Of a DNA stretch of 58,675 bases, positions 25,372 to 35,380 are shown one piece after another (position 1 is the stretch's first letter; each line of letters begins with the position of its first letter). The notes under the pieces were generated by a model. That model did no database searches and was not told the DNA's origin. It saw only the letters and a program-made list of their open reading frames with translations. The translations under genes were made by a program, and so were the position numbers. The DNA is taken from assembly GCA_030167865.1 (NCBI GenBank), contig JALAGF010001131.1, positions 1 through 58,675 of the forward strand, in the 5' to 3' direction. This stretch comes from Craspedostauros australis. Taxonomy: Eukaryota.

Positions 25372-26453
25372 TTAGTTGGCGAAAGCGAGGTATTCATCGA
25401 ACGATTTCTGAAGCTTGGCGATCTTTGCCAGGAGGTTGTTGATTCTGCGCTCACTTCGCTCGATGCCTTCCTTCTGCTTGTTGGCGACTTCGATTTCGGT
25501 GAGGTCCTGGAGGATGACGCGGATGAGACGGTCGGTTCCGAGCTGCGTCTCCTCATCGAAGGCCGAATTCAGTGTGTTGAGGGATGCTCTCAGCTTGGCG
25601 AAATCGAACTGCTTGCGCAGGGCTGGTCCAAGATCGGCCTGACCGTTGGCATCGAGGGCCTTCTTCAATTCATCGACGAGCGCTCTGTACGCCTTGGCCT
25701 CCTTGAGGGCGCTCTGGACGGCATCGGTGGCGAAGATCTCATCATCGATGATGGCACTCTTTGGGTCCAACACAGAAGGCGATCCGGCTCCGAATCCACC
25801 GTACTTGGCGGCGTTGGCAGCACCTGGGAAAGCGCTGGCGACCGCGACGGCACCAGCAAGCTGTCCGAAGAATTCACCGCGCGTCGATGTGGCCTGCAGG
25901 GCGTCGGCTGTTTTGGGGTTGATGTGGTTTGTCGGGTGATGTATGACATCGGCGGAGCGAGGCAAATGGGTGAGATGTCGTCCAAAGTAGAATACGCAAA
26001 ACACAGTGGAATAGAAGCAAAGGCACCATCCAAAACCGTGGGGACGGAATGCCAAGCTGCCGGGCCAGTCGGCCGAGCACTGAAATGGACGATTGATCGC
26101 CCGCAATGCTCGAGGAGTTGGCTTGCGGACGCGGTGGTTCCCATCGTTGCGATAACGAGCTCTGCGCACATCCTATGGGTTGAACTGAATTCTGAATTGC
26201 TCTGTTTTGCTCTGCATCGCACATGAGATCATGCGGTCTGAAGTCGGGCATCAGCATCGGCTGAATGCGAACCATCGATCGCATGCGGCGTGCCATGGCG
26301 GTAGGAATCTGCACACATGGAAGGGGAGTTGGAATGTGCGTAGCGTGTTGCAATAGAGGTTTGGTACATACTTCGTGTGAAAGCTGGCTTGCTTGGGGCA
26401 AACGCGGATGCCGAAGCAACGACAAGGGCGCAGGAGATGGCAGTGAACTTCAT
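25372..26453 (-). CDS. Plastid thylakoid-lumen protein, helical, PsbQ-like fold candidate; exons 26453-26372 and 25907-25372 (205 aa)
   Basis: Signal peptide MKFTAISCALVVASASAFAP (ASAFAP motif) and a phase-1 intron A|GTATGT...ACAG|CC. A thylakoid transfer domain TRGEFFGQLAGAVAVASAFPGAANA ends in an AxA site, followed by the mature AKYGGFGAGSP... helical region. Confidence 0.85.
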
Positions 26454-27452
26454 GATGTCGGGTGGATGGATTGATGTGGATGAACGGATGGATCGAGGCG
26501 TTGAGTTGTGATGCGGTTCTTGTTGTGACCGATGTGATGGCGGAAGAGCAACGCGACCTTGTTGGAACAGAACGCAAGGCGATCGTCGTGATGGGACACA
26601 CGACGCGATGTGATGGCAGAAACGAATGATTCGGATCGTCGGCGGTCAAGTGTCACCACTATGATGTGGTTGCGTTGTGTTGTTGCGTGAGACGAAGATA
26701 CGGCGACAACCAGCCACAAACAACAGCTCACCGATCCATGTCTTGCGGAGTCAGATTTATCGACTGACGTACGCGTTGCATGCTTCGCGAATCTAGAGAG
26801 AGAGAGAGAAAGAGCACGAGAGATACTCCTCTTTCCGTAAATGAAGTGGAGGGACATGCACAAGCAACAATGTTCAAGATATCTTCCGAAGATGGAGTAT
26901 GTAAGTTAGAAATTGATCTGCTTGTTCGATACGATGCCTGTATTGGTGGATCCATCGTATTCGTCGCATTCATAGCACACGTACGAGGATGATCCAATCC
27001 TGCCAATTCTACATTAGATAGAAGTCTACGAATGCTGATGCGAATGCATGGCGTCACAACAATAACACGAACACGAAAACCAACACAACATCACACACGA
27101 ACGCGAAGACAACGCACCGAAAGATGCCAACGCAACTCCCCAAAATGACACCAACAACAACGAAACAGGTCACCAAAGCCACGTGATGACCCCTCCATGT
27201 GGGTGACCCCACAGATTGATGGAGGAGTCAGCACTACGATCCTCAACTTGCATCCTCGCGATCTGGATGAAACATCGACAAGATCGCTGCATTGACCGCT
27301 GAATGCCTCCCTCTTGACCGTTCCCACCAGTACTTCGACATTCCAAGCCCCATTGCCATCAAGGACACCTTGCACCCGTATGGTACAATCGCGACTGTTC
27401 TGCCATTCCCATCACCATCACCATCAACACCAACGACAACGACAACAATCTC

Positions 27453-29546
27453 ATGGCTCCACAAAAATCCACGCGGAGAGCGCGATCGGCACTCTCATTT
27501 GAGTCCCTACCGCTACCGCTACTGCTACTGCTACTAGTATTGCTACTGTCGTTCCAGCAAGAAAGCAACAACGGTGGCACAGTCCAAGCATTCTCTGCGA
27601 CGCAAGTGCCGTCTCCTCTATTTCTGCAGCAATCCGCACACGCAGCTCCCTCCACATCCACCCAACTCTTCGCTGTCGACAACGCGTCATCACAATCGTC
27701 GCCGGACTCTGAGGTGGACATCGCCATTGTGGGAGCAGGTTTGGGCGGCCTCTGCGCCGGTGCCATCCTCAACACGCTGTACAACAAGAGGGTGGGCATT
27801 TATGAATCCCATTACCTGGCTGGCGGCTGCGCGCACGCCTTCGACCGCAAGGCCAGCAACGGGGAGACCTTCACATTCGATTCCGGCCCGACGATCCTCC
27901 TGGGATGTTCCCAGCAACCCTTCAGTGCGCTGCGGCAGGTTCTCGATGCGGTGGACGCGCCCGTCGAGTGGATCCGCTACGACGGATGGGGCATGATCGA
28001 ACATCCCACACGCAGCAACGAGCTGCGATGGAAATGCGAATTGGGAGACGACGTGTTCCAGAAAGGACCGTTAACGCGGTTCGGCGGTGAAGGCGTGCTG
28101 GAAGAATTCGAAGCACTGCGGGAACTGACGAAGGGACTCGTCGTCGGCGCCGGAATCCCCGCCATGGCGATGCGACCCGGCAACAGCGCGTTGGTGCCGC
28201 TGCTCAGGTACTTCCCCACGCTCATCGAGCTCATCCAGCAAGGCGAAGCCTTGACGGGGACCTTCGAATCGTACATGGACGGACCCGACTTCGTCGTAAA
28301 GGATCCCTGGCTGCGCGATTGGTTGGACGCGCTGGCATTTTCGTTGTCGGGGTTGCCGGCCTCCAGAACCTCCGCCGCCGCCATGGCCTTCGTGCTCGAC
28401 GACATGCATCGCGACGGTGCGGCGCTGGATTATCCAAAGGGTGGGCTCGGCACGGTCATCGATGCGCTGGTCAAGGCGGTCGAATCGGGCGCGAACAAGT
28501 CCAAGCTTCATCTGCGACAGACCGTCCAATCGATCGATTTCGACGAACAATCCAAGCGGGCGGCGGGCGTCACGTTGGCCAGCGGCCAAAAGATCAAGGC
28601 ACGCGAGGGCGTGATTTGTAACGCCCCGGTGTGGTCATTGCGAGGGCTGGTGCACGACGCAGATGCGTTGTCGCAGCTGAACGACTGCCTGCCTGTCCCA
28701 TCTACTGTGAGCACGCCGCCGCAGACATGGAGCGGATCATCGAATGGAAAGTCGCAAATCAAGCTGCAACGGACGGCTGTCGATGATGACCATGATGCAG
28801 ATACAAAAGCCACAGAGGCGGAATCGCAGTCACCCACGTCGTCGTTGTTGAATGATTGCGATACGGCCGAAATGACAGGCTCCTTCCTTCACCTGCACGT
28901 CGCCATCGATGCCAAAGATCTGGACGTGTCCAAGATGGAGGCGCATTACACCGTCATGGATCGTGGCTTGTCCGGCGACAAGGCAACGGCCTCGCCATCA
29001 TCGTCAGACGGAACAGCAAACACCGTCGAGAATGATGACTCGATACCTGAGTACTCGTACGATGGACCGTGCGGAGAATTGAACATGATCGCTGTCTCCA
29101 ACCCGTGCGTCATCGATCCCACGCTCGCACCGGAAGGGTACATGGTGCTGCATGCCTACGGGGCCGGCAACGAACCGTACCATGTCTGGGAAGGCATGAA
29201 GCGCAACGATCCCAAGTACGAGTCGCTGAAACAGGAACGAGCGGACGTTCTGTGGAGGGCTATGGAAAGCGTGATACCGGACATACGCCAGAGGGTGGTG
29301 CTGGACCTCGTCGGATCTCCTCTCACTCACGAACGATTCCTGCGTCGGCCGAGGGGCACGTACGGTGCGGCCACGGAGGACTACCTGAAGGATGGCAAGA
29401 CACCCATCGAGAACCTGATCCTCGCCGGCGACTCCATCTTTCCTGGCATCGGCGTTCCAGCCGTCGCAATTTCTGGGGCCAGCGCCGCGAACGCCTTCGT
29501 CTCTCCCATTCGTCAATGGCAGTGCCTGAATCAACTGAACTTGTAG
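27453..29546 (+). CDS. Carotenoid isomerase (CRTISO/CrtH)-like FAD oxidoreductase, probably plastid-targeted (697 aa)
   Basis: IVGAGLGGL FAD-binding motif, ESHYLAGGCAHAF, FDSGPT, DYPKGG, GSPLTHERFLRR..GTYG and GDSIFPGIGVPAVA.SG. Hydrophobic signal ending VQA-F. Confidence 0.9.
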   Translation: MAPQKSTRRARSALSFESLPLPLLLLLLVLLLSFQQESNNGGTVQAFSATQVPSPLFLQQSAHAAPSTSTQLFAVDNASSQSSPDSEVDIAIVGAGLGGLCAGAILNTLYNKRVGIYESHYLAGGCAHAFDRKASNGETFTFDSGPTILLGCSQQPFSALRQVLDAVDAPVEWIRYDGWGMIEHPTRSNELRWKCELGDDVFQKGPLTRFGGEGVLEEFEALRELTKGLVVGAGIPAMAMRPGNSALVPLLRYFPTLIELIQQGEALTGTFESYMDGPDFVVKDPWLRDWLDALAFSLSGLPASRTSAAAMAFVLDDMHRDGAALDYPKGGLGTVIDALVKAVESGANKSKLHLRQTVQSIDFDEQSKRAAGVTLASGQKIKAREGVICNAPVWSLRGLVHDADALSQLNDCLPVPSTVSTPPQTWSGSSNGKSQIKLQRTAVDDDHDADTKATEAESQSPTSSLLNDCDTAEMTGSFLHLHVAIDAKDLDVSKMEAHYTVMDRGLSGDKATASPSSSDGTANTVENDDSIPEYSYDGPCGELNMIAVSNPCVIDPTLAPEGYMVLHAYGAGNEPYHVWEGMKRNDPKYESLKQERADVLWRAMESVIPDIRQRVVLDLVGSPLTHERFLRRPRGTYGAATEDYLKDGKTPIENLILAGDSIFPGIGVPAVAISGASAANAFVSPIRQWQCLNQLNL

Positions 29547-30115
29547 CTCGTCTGTGTGGAGCTGCGCCATACCGTATCATACCATACCATGCTAACCGGA
29601 ATAGTCAATGTAGAAGTCACAGTGATAGAAGTAGTACGTAATGGCGATACATTACGTAATATTGATTGATGCGAAGAAGAATGCGAGAGCCCTCTCTATT
29701 GAGTACTGTCCGAGTAATAGGTTTGGACAACACTTGCCAAATGCCGATGTCTCTGCTCGCACCGCCAATCGCAGCCTACAAAAATGAACAAGGCGCCGAC
29801 GGTTGGAAAGCGTTACTTCGTGTGCTTCCTTGTTGCGTGGGTTTTGTTTCTGCGCTGTTCGTTCTGCTTCCGACACATCATCACACCTCTTCTCATGTTG
29901 CGCCCTCCGTCACAGCTCGTAACCCATCACTGTCGTGCCAGTATAACACCATAGTCGTACATACTCTGCACAACCTCTCGATCCAACCGCTCAGCCCCTC
30001 TCACACAAACACAACGCATCCAGACGCGATCTCACTTTTCGTTGACCCGAACAACTGCGTACACACGAGCGTGTAGCTCGTACGTTGGTGTGCAAAGTTC
30101 AGATTCAGCAACACC

Positions 30116-31336
30116 ATGACTCGGATGCCGCAGATCAAACGGCGGCATTTCTGCGCCTCTTTCCTCTCGTTCGTGCTCCTCAACAGCCCCGCCAGCTCGT
30201 CGGCATTTGGCTGGTTGGATCGTCCGCAAAGAATGGCAGCACACGTGCTATCAGACTACGGACAAAGGCCACGCGGCAACCAGCAACAGTCCACATTGCG
30301 TACGACCAGGAGCGAGGGTGAAAGCACCACCGCCAACACAAACACGAGTACAGCCATTGGCAGCAACAAGAGCAACAGCGACGGCGGGCGCGCGAGCAAC
30401 ATCCCATTCCAATTGAAACGAATCGACCACATCGTCATCCGTTGCCGTGAATTCCAGGGCATGATTGATTTCTACGTCAACGTCTTGGGTTGCACGATCG
30501 ATCATCCTGACGATGTCGAGCGCTTTGATGGTGCTCTCACTCATTTGAGAGCTGGAGATGCCTACATCGATTTGCTGTCCTACGATCCCAATCACCTGAA
30601 CGAAGCAGGCCAATGCGCCATCATCGCGATGCACAATGGCGGCCAAGGCAGCGATGCGAACAGCGTCCAGGATATAGTCTTTGAAGCATCCACGTCCACC
30701 ATGGACCATCTGTGTATCCGCGTGGATCCTTTCGACGAGGTCGCCATCATGGAACACTTATCGCAACATGGCGTCGAAATTGTGAGCAGCGGCCAGCGCA
30801 AGGGCGCAGAGGGAACTGGGCCATCTATTTACGTTGCCGACCCCGAAGGCAATGTAATTGAACTGAAAGGTCCCTCTGGGCCTTCGCCAAATTCGCAATC
30901 ATCTTCCTCTTCTCCAATCGGAGTAGATTCTCCATCGAGTCCAATCCATGACTCCGCAACTGGCGGTATGGATCAAACAACGGAATCGCGACAGGACGGA
31001 ACGCCTGGTGACGAGACGGAAAATACTGGAAGCAACAATGGCCAACGGCAGCAGGCATCAGACGATTCTATCAGCATCACACCTTGCAACCGGATCTGCC
31101 GCTACAATGCAAATTTCTTGGATGGCCAAGTGTGCATCGGCTGCTTCCGCGAGACGTACGAAATCAGCAGCTGGAGCGGCATGTCCGATGAGGATCGATA
31201 CTACGCCGTGCTCGATGCCAAGGACAGGGCGGTTGCCGGGGCTGATATGGATTTGGAAGGCTCGGTTTCTCTGCAAGACTTAGAACGCCAGGCGCAATTT
31301 TGGAAACAGCGATCGATGGCGAGCAAGACTGGCTGA
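30116..31336 (+). CDS. VOC/glyoxalase-family protein fused to a C-terminal DUF1289-like Cys domain (406 aa)
   Basis: VOC motifs IDHIVIR..FYVNVLG, MDHLCIRVDPFD and GAEGTGPSIYVADPEGNVIELKG. Then ITPCNRICRYN...CIGCFRETYEISSWSGMSDEDR. N-terminal signal ending SSA-F. Confidence 0.85.
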   Translation: MTRMPQIKRRHFCASFLSFVLLNSPASSSAFGWLDRPQRMAAHVLSDYGQRPRGNQQQSTLRTTRSEGESTTANTNTSTAIGSNKSNSDGGRASNIPFQLKRIDHIVIRCREFQGMIDFYVNVLGCTIDHPDDVERFDGALTHLRAGDAYIDLLSYDPNHLNEAGQCAIIAMHNGGQGSDANSVQDIVFEASTSTMDHLCIRVDPFDEVAIMEHLSQHGVEIVSSGQRKGAEGTGPSIYVADPEGNVIELKGPSGPSPNSQSSSSSPIGVDSPSSPIHDSATGGMDQTTESRQDGTPGDETENTGSNNGQRQQASDDSISITPCNRICRYNANFLDGQVCIGCFRETYEISSWSGMSDEDRYYAVLDAKDRAVAGADMDLEGSVSLQDLERQAQFWKQRSMASKTG

Positions 31337-31909
31337 ACACAAGGCACACGGTAATACGAGAACGGCTGAAGCCACAAGATCCATGTCAACTGTTGGACCC
31401 AAGGATAACGATTCAATTTTGGAATGAACATCTGAAAGACTCGACGCAAGTATGCGAGCAGAGTCGCAGAGGAAGCGTCGCCCTCGCATCGACCCCCCAT
31501 CGATTCGACTATTTAGATCGTCTTTGCATGCCATCGAGTGGAGTAGCTCGCACGGAGCATGTACGTGCTTCCAAAAGAAAATGCGTTTCGACTTCGTTTG
31601 CGTGTTGTGAATGTAGCTTGTATCGATGCGATTCTGAATACAGTGGCACATATCACATGTAGTCCTCGTATCGTACAAGTACCGTACTCGTACGCCTACT
31701 ACAGTGTTATGGTAGTGCATCCGAGTACGAGCTATGCAACATCTATCTGTTCCACATCCTGCGGCGAGCCACTCGTGCCATGCCAGGTTGAGAGCGTGTC
31801 TTGTCCGCGCAGTTTGTATTCGATGTGCGTGCATGGGCACTTCATCGCACCAGTCACTACCATGTTTGTGAAAGCACACGCTTCGTCAGTTCTTTTCCTC
31901 TCCATCTCT

Positions 31910-34900
31910 CTAAACAGGCGAAATCGTTTCGCACTTTGGACAAAACACCAGAGCGTAGGATACAGGTGCTTGCAGACGTCCGCTGCATCCACGACAAATG
32001 ACGATGTGCGCCTTGCCGCTGCTGATGGCTCTCTGCGTTTCGACTGTTCCGCGCTCCACCAATTCTCGACGTCGTTCCATGGACTCGACACTGACGATGG
32101 ACTTGGAGGACATGGCGCGCGTGATCGGCGGCCTTGTGGCAGATGTGACCGGTGCTGTGTTTCTATCTCGATGGTTGTGATACTGTTGCTGCTGCTGGGG
32201 ATGGTGGTGGTGCTGCTGCTGCTGTAGATGTTGATGCTGTTGTTGGAGATGGTGCATCTGGGACGCTTGATGGTCACTCATGGCCCCACCGCCTCCATTC
32301 ATGTCGCTCGAATATGCCCATTTCTCCATCGCTTGCTGTTGGATGAGCAAGTATTCTTCCTGTGTTGACCTGGTGGAAAATACGGGATCCGCCGTCTGCT
32401 TCGACACTTGCAATGCCAACGATAGCTCCTTCCGCTCTTGTTCTTCCCGGATTTGTTCCAATATCTGCCACTGCTCGGTGGACTGCGAGGACGGATCTGT
32501 CGAGATACCGGCGGCCACACGGTCCGTCGCCCTTTCGTTGGCATTCAGCAATCCGTTCCGTGACATTGCACCCTGCATTTCATATGCCAAGAAATCTTCA
32601 AGATTGATTGACGGTCTGCGGGGATCGTTCGAAGTCTGTCCATTCGCCGGCTGCGGCGGATGTCCAAGCATGGGACCGGTGGGCTGGAGTGGCGAAGCAC
32701 TCGTGGGAGGAGATCTCATGGCGGCTCCATGGCCGTAGGCATCAGCGTTGGGCGTGCTGTCCTCCTCCGACAGCCGCAGAGCCAGGAGGATATCCTGCAA
32801 GCTGCTCACGCTCTGATCATCGAAATTTGCTGTGCCGTAGCCACCTTCGGTTGCTGCGTTGTGCGATCGCTGGTTGGAATACGGTGGCGGCGATCCGTAC
32901 ATACCCCTCGGAGGCTGCGGGTTCCTGGGAGATGGAGGCGGACGCGACATGGGCGGCTTGCCTTGGCTTCGTGGAGCCGGCGGTACGTGCTGATGCGAAT
33001 GACCGTGCTGCGATGCGCTCAGCGCAGCAGCCTCGTTGGCCTCCTGACGGGACAGTTCCAACGCCAGGAGCAGATCGGCATCCATGTCACCTTCGCTGGA
33101 TATCGGAATCGCCGTTTGCGTATTGGCCGAAGTGGGCTGGACGGATGGTGGTGGAGACTCTGGATATCCGCCAAGTGCTGCAGCCTGGAAGTCCGATTGT
33201 TGCAGACGCGTCGGTGCATCGAACTCCGTTGCTGCCGCTGAGTGCGCGTGATCTGCTCCATTCATCAAGTGGCCATCAGTACCACCGTATCCAAGATCGC
33301 CAAATGCGTTCGCCGTGCGTTGATGTGACGATCCCGATTTGGATGGCGGTGACGTGCTGGGTCCTTCCTGATAGCGCAAGGGCCTGGGCGGGGAGCCAGC
33401 GGATGCAGTTCCGGTGGTGGAAGCCGTCGGGGCTGTGGTTGACGAGTGAGATATTGCCTCGTTGCCGAAATTGGAATCTTGACTCGCTGTTCGCGAGCGC
33501 ATTCCGCCTGCCTCATTCTTGCCTCTGGTCTTCCCTCTACCTCTGCCTCTGGTCTTGGTCTTGCCTTTGCTGTTGCTACTGCCGCCATCCGCCTCGTCGT
33601 TGGAATGCGACGATGGTAGAGGCGGTTGCTTGAGTTTGGAGGGCGGAGAATGCTTTGTCTTGCCAGGTGCGGTTGATGCGGCCTTGTCGTTGCTGTTGTT
33701 GGGCGACTTCCCCCGCTTCTTCGACGACGATTCTTTACCCGATGACGGAGATGCTTTACGCAGAAACTTTGGAACACGCATGCCGGATTTTGGTTTGGCG
33801 GGTCGTTTGACTTCCTGAGGCTCCGGGATAGGCATGACCTGTACTTTGACGGGAGTAGATGATGGCAGCGATCGATGTTTGGCGGGTTGGGCCGTGGACG
33901 TCTTTTGGTGATGCGGTTCCTTCGGACGGCGTTTGGCCCGTGCATCGTCATTGTGCATGGCGTCGCTGTCCACGCCGTTGTACTCGTAATTGTATTGAGC
34001 ATCGTCGTTGCCCCCATCAGTGACCAGCTCGATGCTTCCACCCGCCAATTCCGCATCGCCTTTGTCGATGGGTTGCGCGACCGGCAGCGTGGACGTGCGA
34101 GCGCTGTCCTTCGCGGCCATTTCCTGCTTGGATGCCTTCCTTTGCTGCTTGAGGGCTTCGATCATCTGCTGCGTTTCCGTGACGCCCATGGGTGCGGGCA
34201 CATTGATGGAGTTCCCCACCGATCGAGCTTTGGGCGCCTCACCGAAGGCTTGGCGGTACATGAGCGAATCTGGCAGAATCGCTGGCTCATCCACATGCTG
34301 CGCACCTGGGTTCGTCGCACGGTTGCTTTTCGGCGGCGTGTCTCCCCTGGCACGTCCTGCTGCGGTCGTTTGGAACAGGTCGCCATCGTTGCTGACGGCG
34401 CGCGGGCGATTGGAGATCAAGCCTGGTCTTCCAGGGCGACGCGGCGGGTTGGTTTGCATTTGCAAAGCCTCTGTTGCAGCGTTGGTGGCGAGGCTCGCGT
34501 TTGCGGTCTCCAACGCCGACGCGTAGAAGGATGATTGTTGCTTATCCTTCGGGGCAATGTTCGACACAACCCTGGCCGTGTTCTGTTGCTGCTGCTGACG
34601 CTGAGGTTTTTTTGCGTGATGGAATCCATTCTCGTTCTGCATTTCGGTTGGCGATGGAGCAGATGCTGCCGCTGCTGTGGCAGATTGTTGTGGTGCCGGC
34701 AAACTAGCAGACGCCTCCGCGTGGGATGATGGCGGTGGTGGTTTCTTCATTGAGGTTGGTGCTGATGCTGCTGCTGCTGTTGGTGCTATTGATGGTATCG
34801 GTGCAACAGCAACCGCAGTAGCTGCAGCTGCCGATGTTGAATTTGCGTATGACCCAGGCGGCGGCGGCTTCAGGTTGGATCCTGGCGGTGGCGGTTTGAG

Positions 34901-35380
34901 GCCCGCGGTGGCCGATCCGGCGGCGTACGAGGAGGGAGGAGGTTTGGCATAGCGGTTGTCGAGGTTTTGGCCCGGTGGCTGTTTGAGGTTGGCCTGTGCC
35001 ATCTGTTCCTCCTCTTCGTAATCCTCATCGCGCTTCAGCCGTTCTCTTGGCGGCGGCGGCACCTGCATGGTGCTCCCATCCAGCGTCGTCTCATCATCGT
35101 TGTCGTCCTGATATCGAATCATTGCTTCGTACAGAGTTTCACCCTTGTGAGCTGAGGCAACTCCAGCTGCAGCAGCCGCAGCCGCCGCTGCAGGTGGTAT
35201 CGACGCAGGCACGGACGCCGAAGCGGCCGCAGTGGACGCGAAGGTATCTGATTCATAGCTGTGCAACGGCGCATGGTTCTGCTGCTCGTATTGCTGTTGT
35301 TGTTGTTGCTGCTGTTGTTGCTGCTGTTGTTGCTGCTGTTGTTGCTGTTGCGGGAGCTTCGCGCTCATCTTCGAGTCCAT
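31910..35380 (-). CDS. PolyQ, low-complexity protein with three UIM-like motifs and a C-terminal C4 (LSD1-type) zinc finger (1156 aa)
   Basis: Single long ORF with ~20 Q at the N-terminus. UIM-like DADLLLALELSRQE, QDILLALRLSEED and KELSLALQVSKQT. Ends CRGC-x14-CPKC. Confidence 0.8.
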   Translation of the reverse strand: MDSKMSAKLPQQQQQQQQQQQQQQQQQQQQYEQQNHAPLHSYESDTFASTAAASASVPASIPPAAAAAAAAAGVASAHKGETLYEAMIRYQDDNDDETTLDGSTMQVPPPPRERLKRDEDYEEEEQMAQANLKQPPGQNLDNRYAKPPPSSYAAGSATAGLKPPPPGSNLKPPPPGSYANSTSAAAATAVAVAPIPSIAPTAAAASAPTSMKKPPPPSSHAEASASLPAPQQSATAAAASAPSPTEMQNENGFHHAKKPQRQQQQQNTARVVSNIAPKDKQQSSFYASALETANASLATNAATEALQMQTNPPRRPGRPGLISNRPRAVSNDGDLFQTTAAGRARGDTPPKSNRATNPGAQHVDEPAILPDSLMYRQAFGEAPKARSVGNSINVPAPMGVTETQQMIEALKQQRKASKQEMAAKDSARTSTLPVAQPIDKGDAELAGGSIELVTDGGNDDAQYNYEYNGVDSDAMHNDDARAKRRPKEPHHQKTSTAQPAKHRSLPSSTPVKVQVMPIPEPQEVKRPAKPKSGMRVPKFLRKASPSSGKESSSKKRGKSPNNSNDKAASTAPGKTKHSPPSKLKQPPLPSSHSNDEADGGSSNSKGKTKTRGRGRGKTRGKNEAGGMRSRTASQDSNFGNEAISHSSTTAPTASTTGTASAGSPPRPLRYQEGPSTSPPSKSGSSHQRTANAFGDLGYGGTDGHLMNGADHAHSAAATEFDAPTRLQQSDFQAAALGGYPESPPPSVQPTSANTQTAIPISSEGDMDADLLLALELSRQEANEAAALSASQHGHSHQHVPPAPRSQGKPPMSRPPPSPRNPQPPRGMYGSPPPYSNQRSHNAATEGGYGTANFDDQSVSSLQDILLALRLSEEDSTPNADAYGHGAAMRSPPTSASPLQPTGPMLGHPPQPANGQTSNDPRRPSINLEDFLAYEMQGAMSRNGLLNANERATDRVAAGISTDPSSQSTEQWQILEQIREEQERKELSLALQVSKQTADPVFSTRSTQEEYLLIQQQAMEKWAYSSDMNGGGGAMSDHQASQMHHLQQQHQHLQQQQHHHHPQQQQQYHNHRDRNTAPVTSATRPPITRAMSSKSIVSVESMERRRELVERGTVETQRAISSGKAHIVICRGCSGRLQAPVSYALVFCPKCETISPV

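Noticed and set aside
25345-26226. 293-aa plus-strand ORF
   Set aside because: Antisense to the lumen-protein gene, whose targeting signals fix the minus strand as coding.
25372-26453. Naming the gene psbQ or psb31
   Set aside because: The mature sequence does not match the signatures I recall for either diatom subunit, so I left it unnamed.
28707-28829. Possible in-frame 123-nt GT-AG intron in the CRTISO-like gene
   Set aside because: The frame is open without splicing and the composition looks coding; only RNA-seq could decide.
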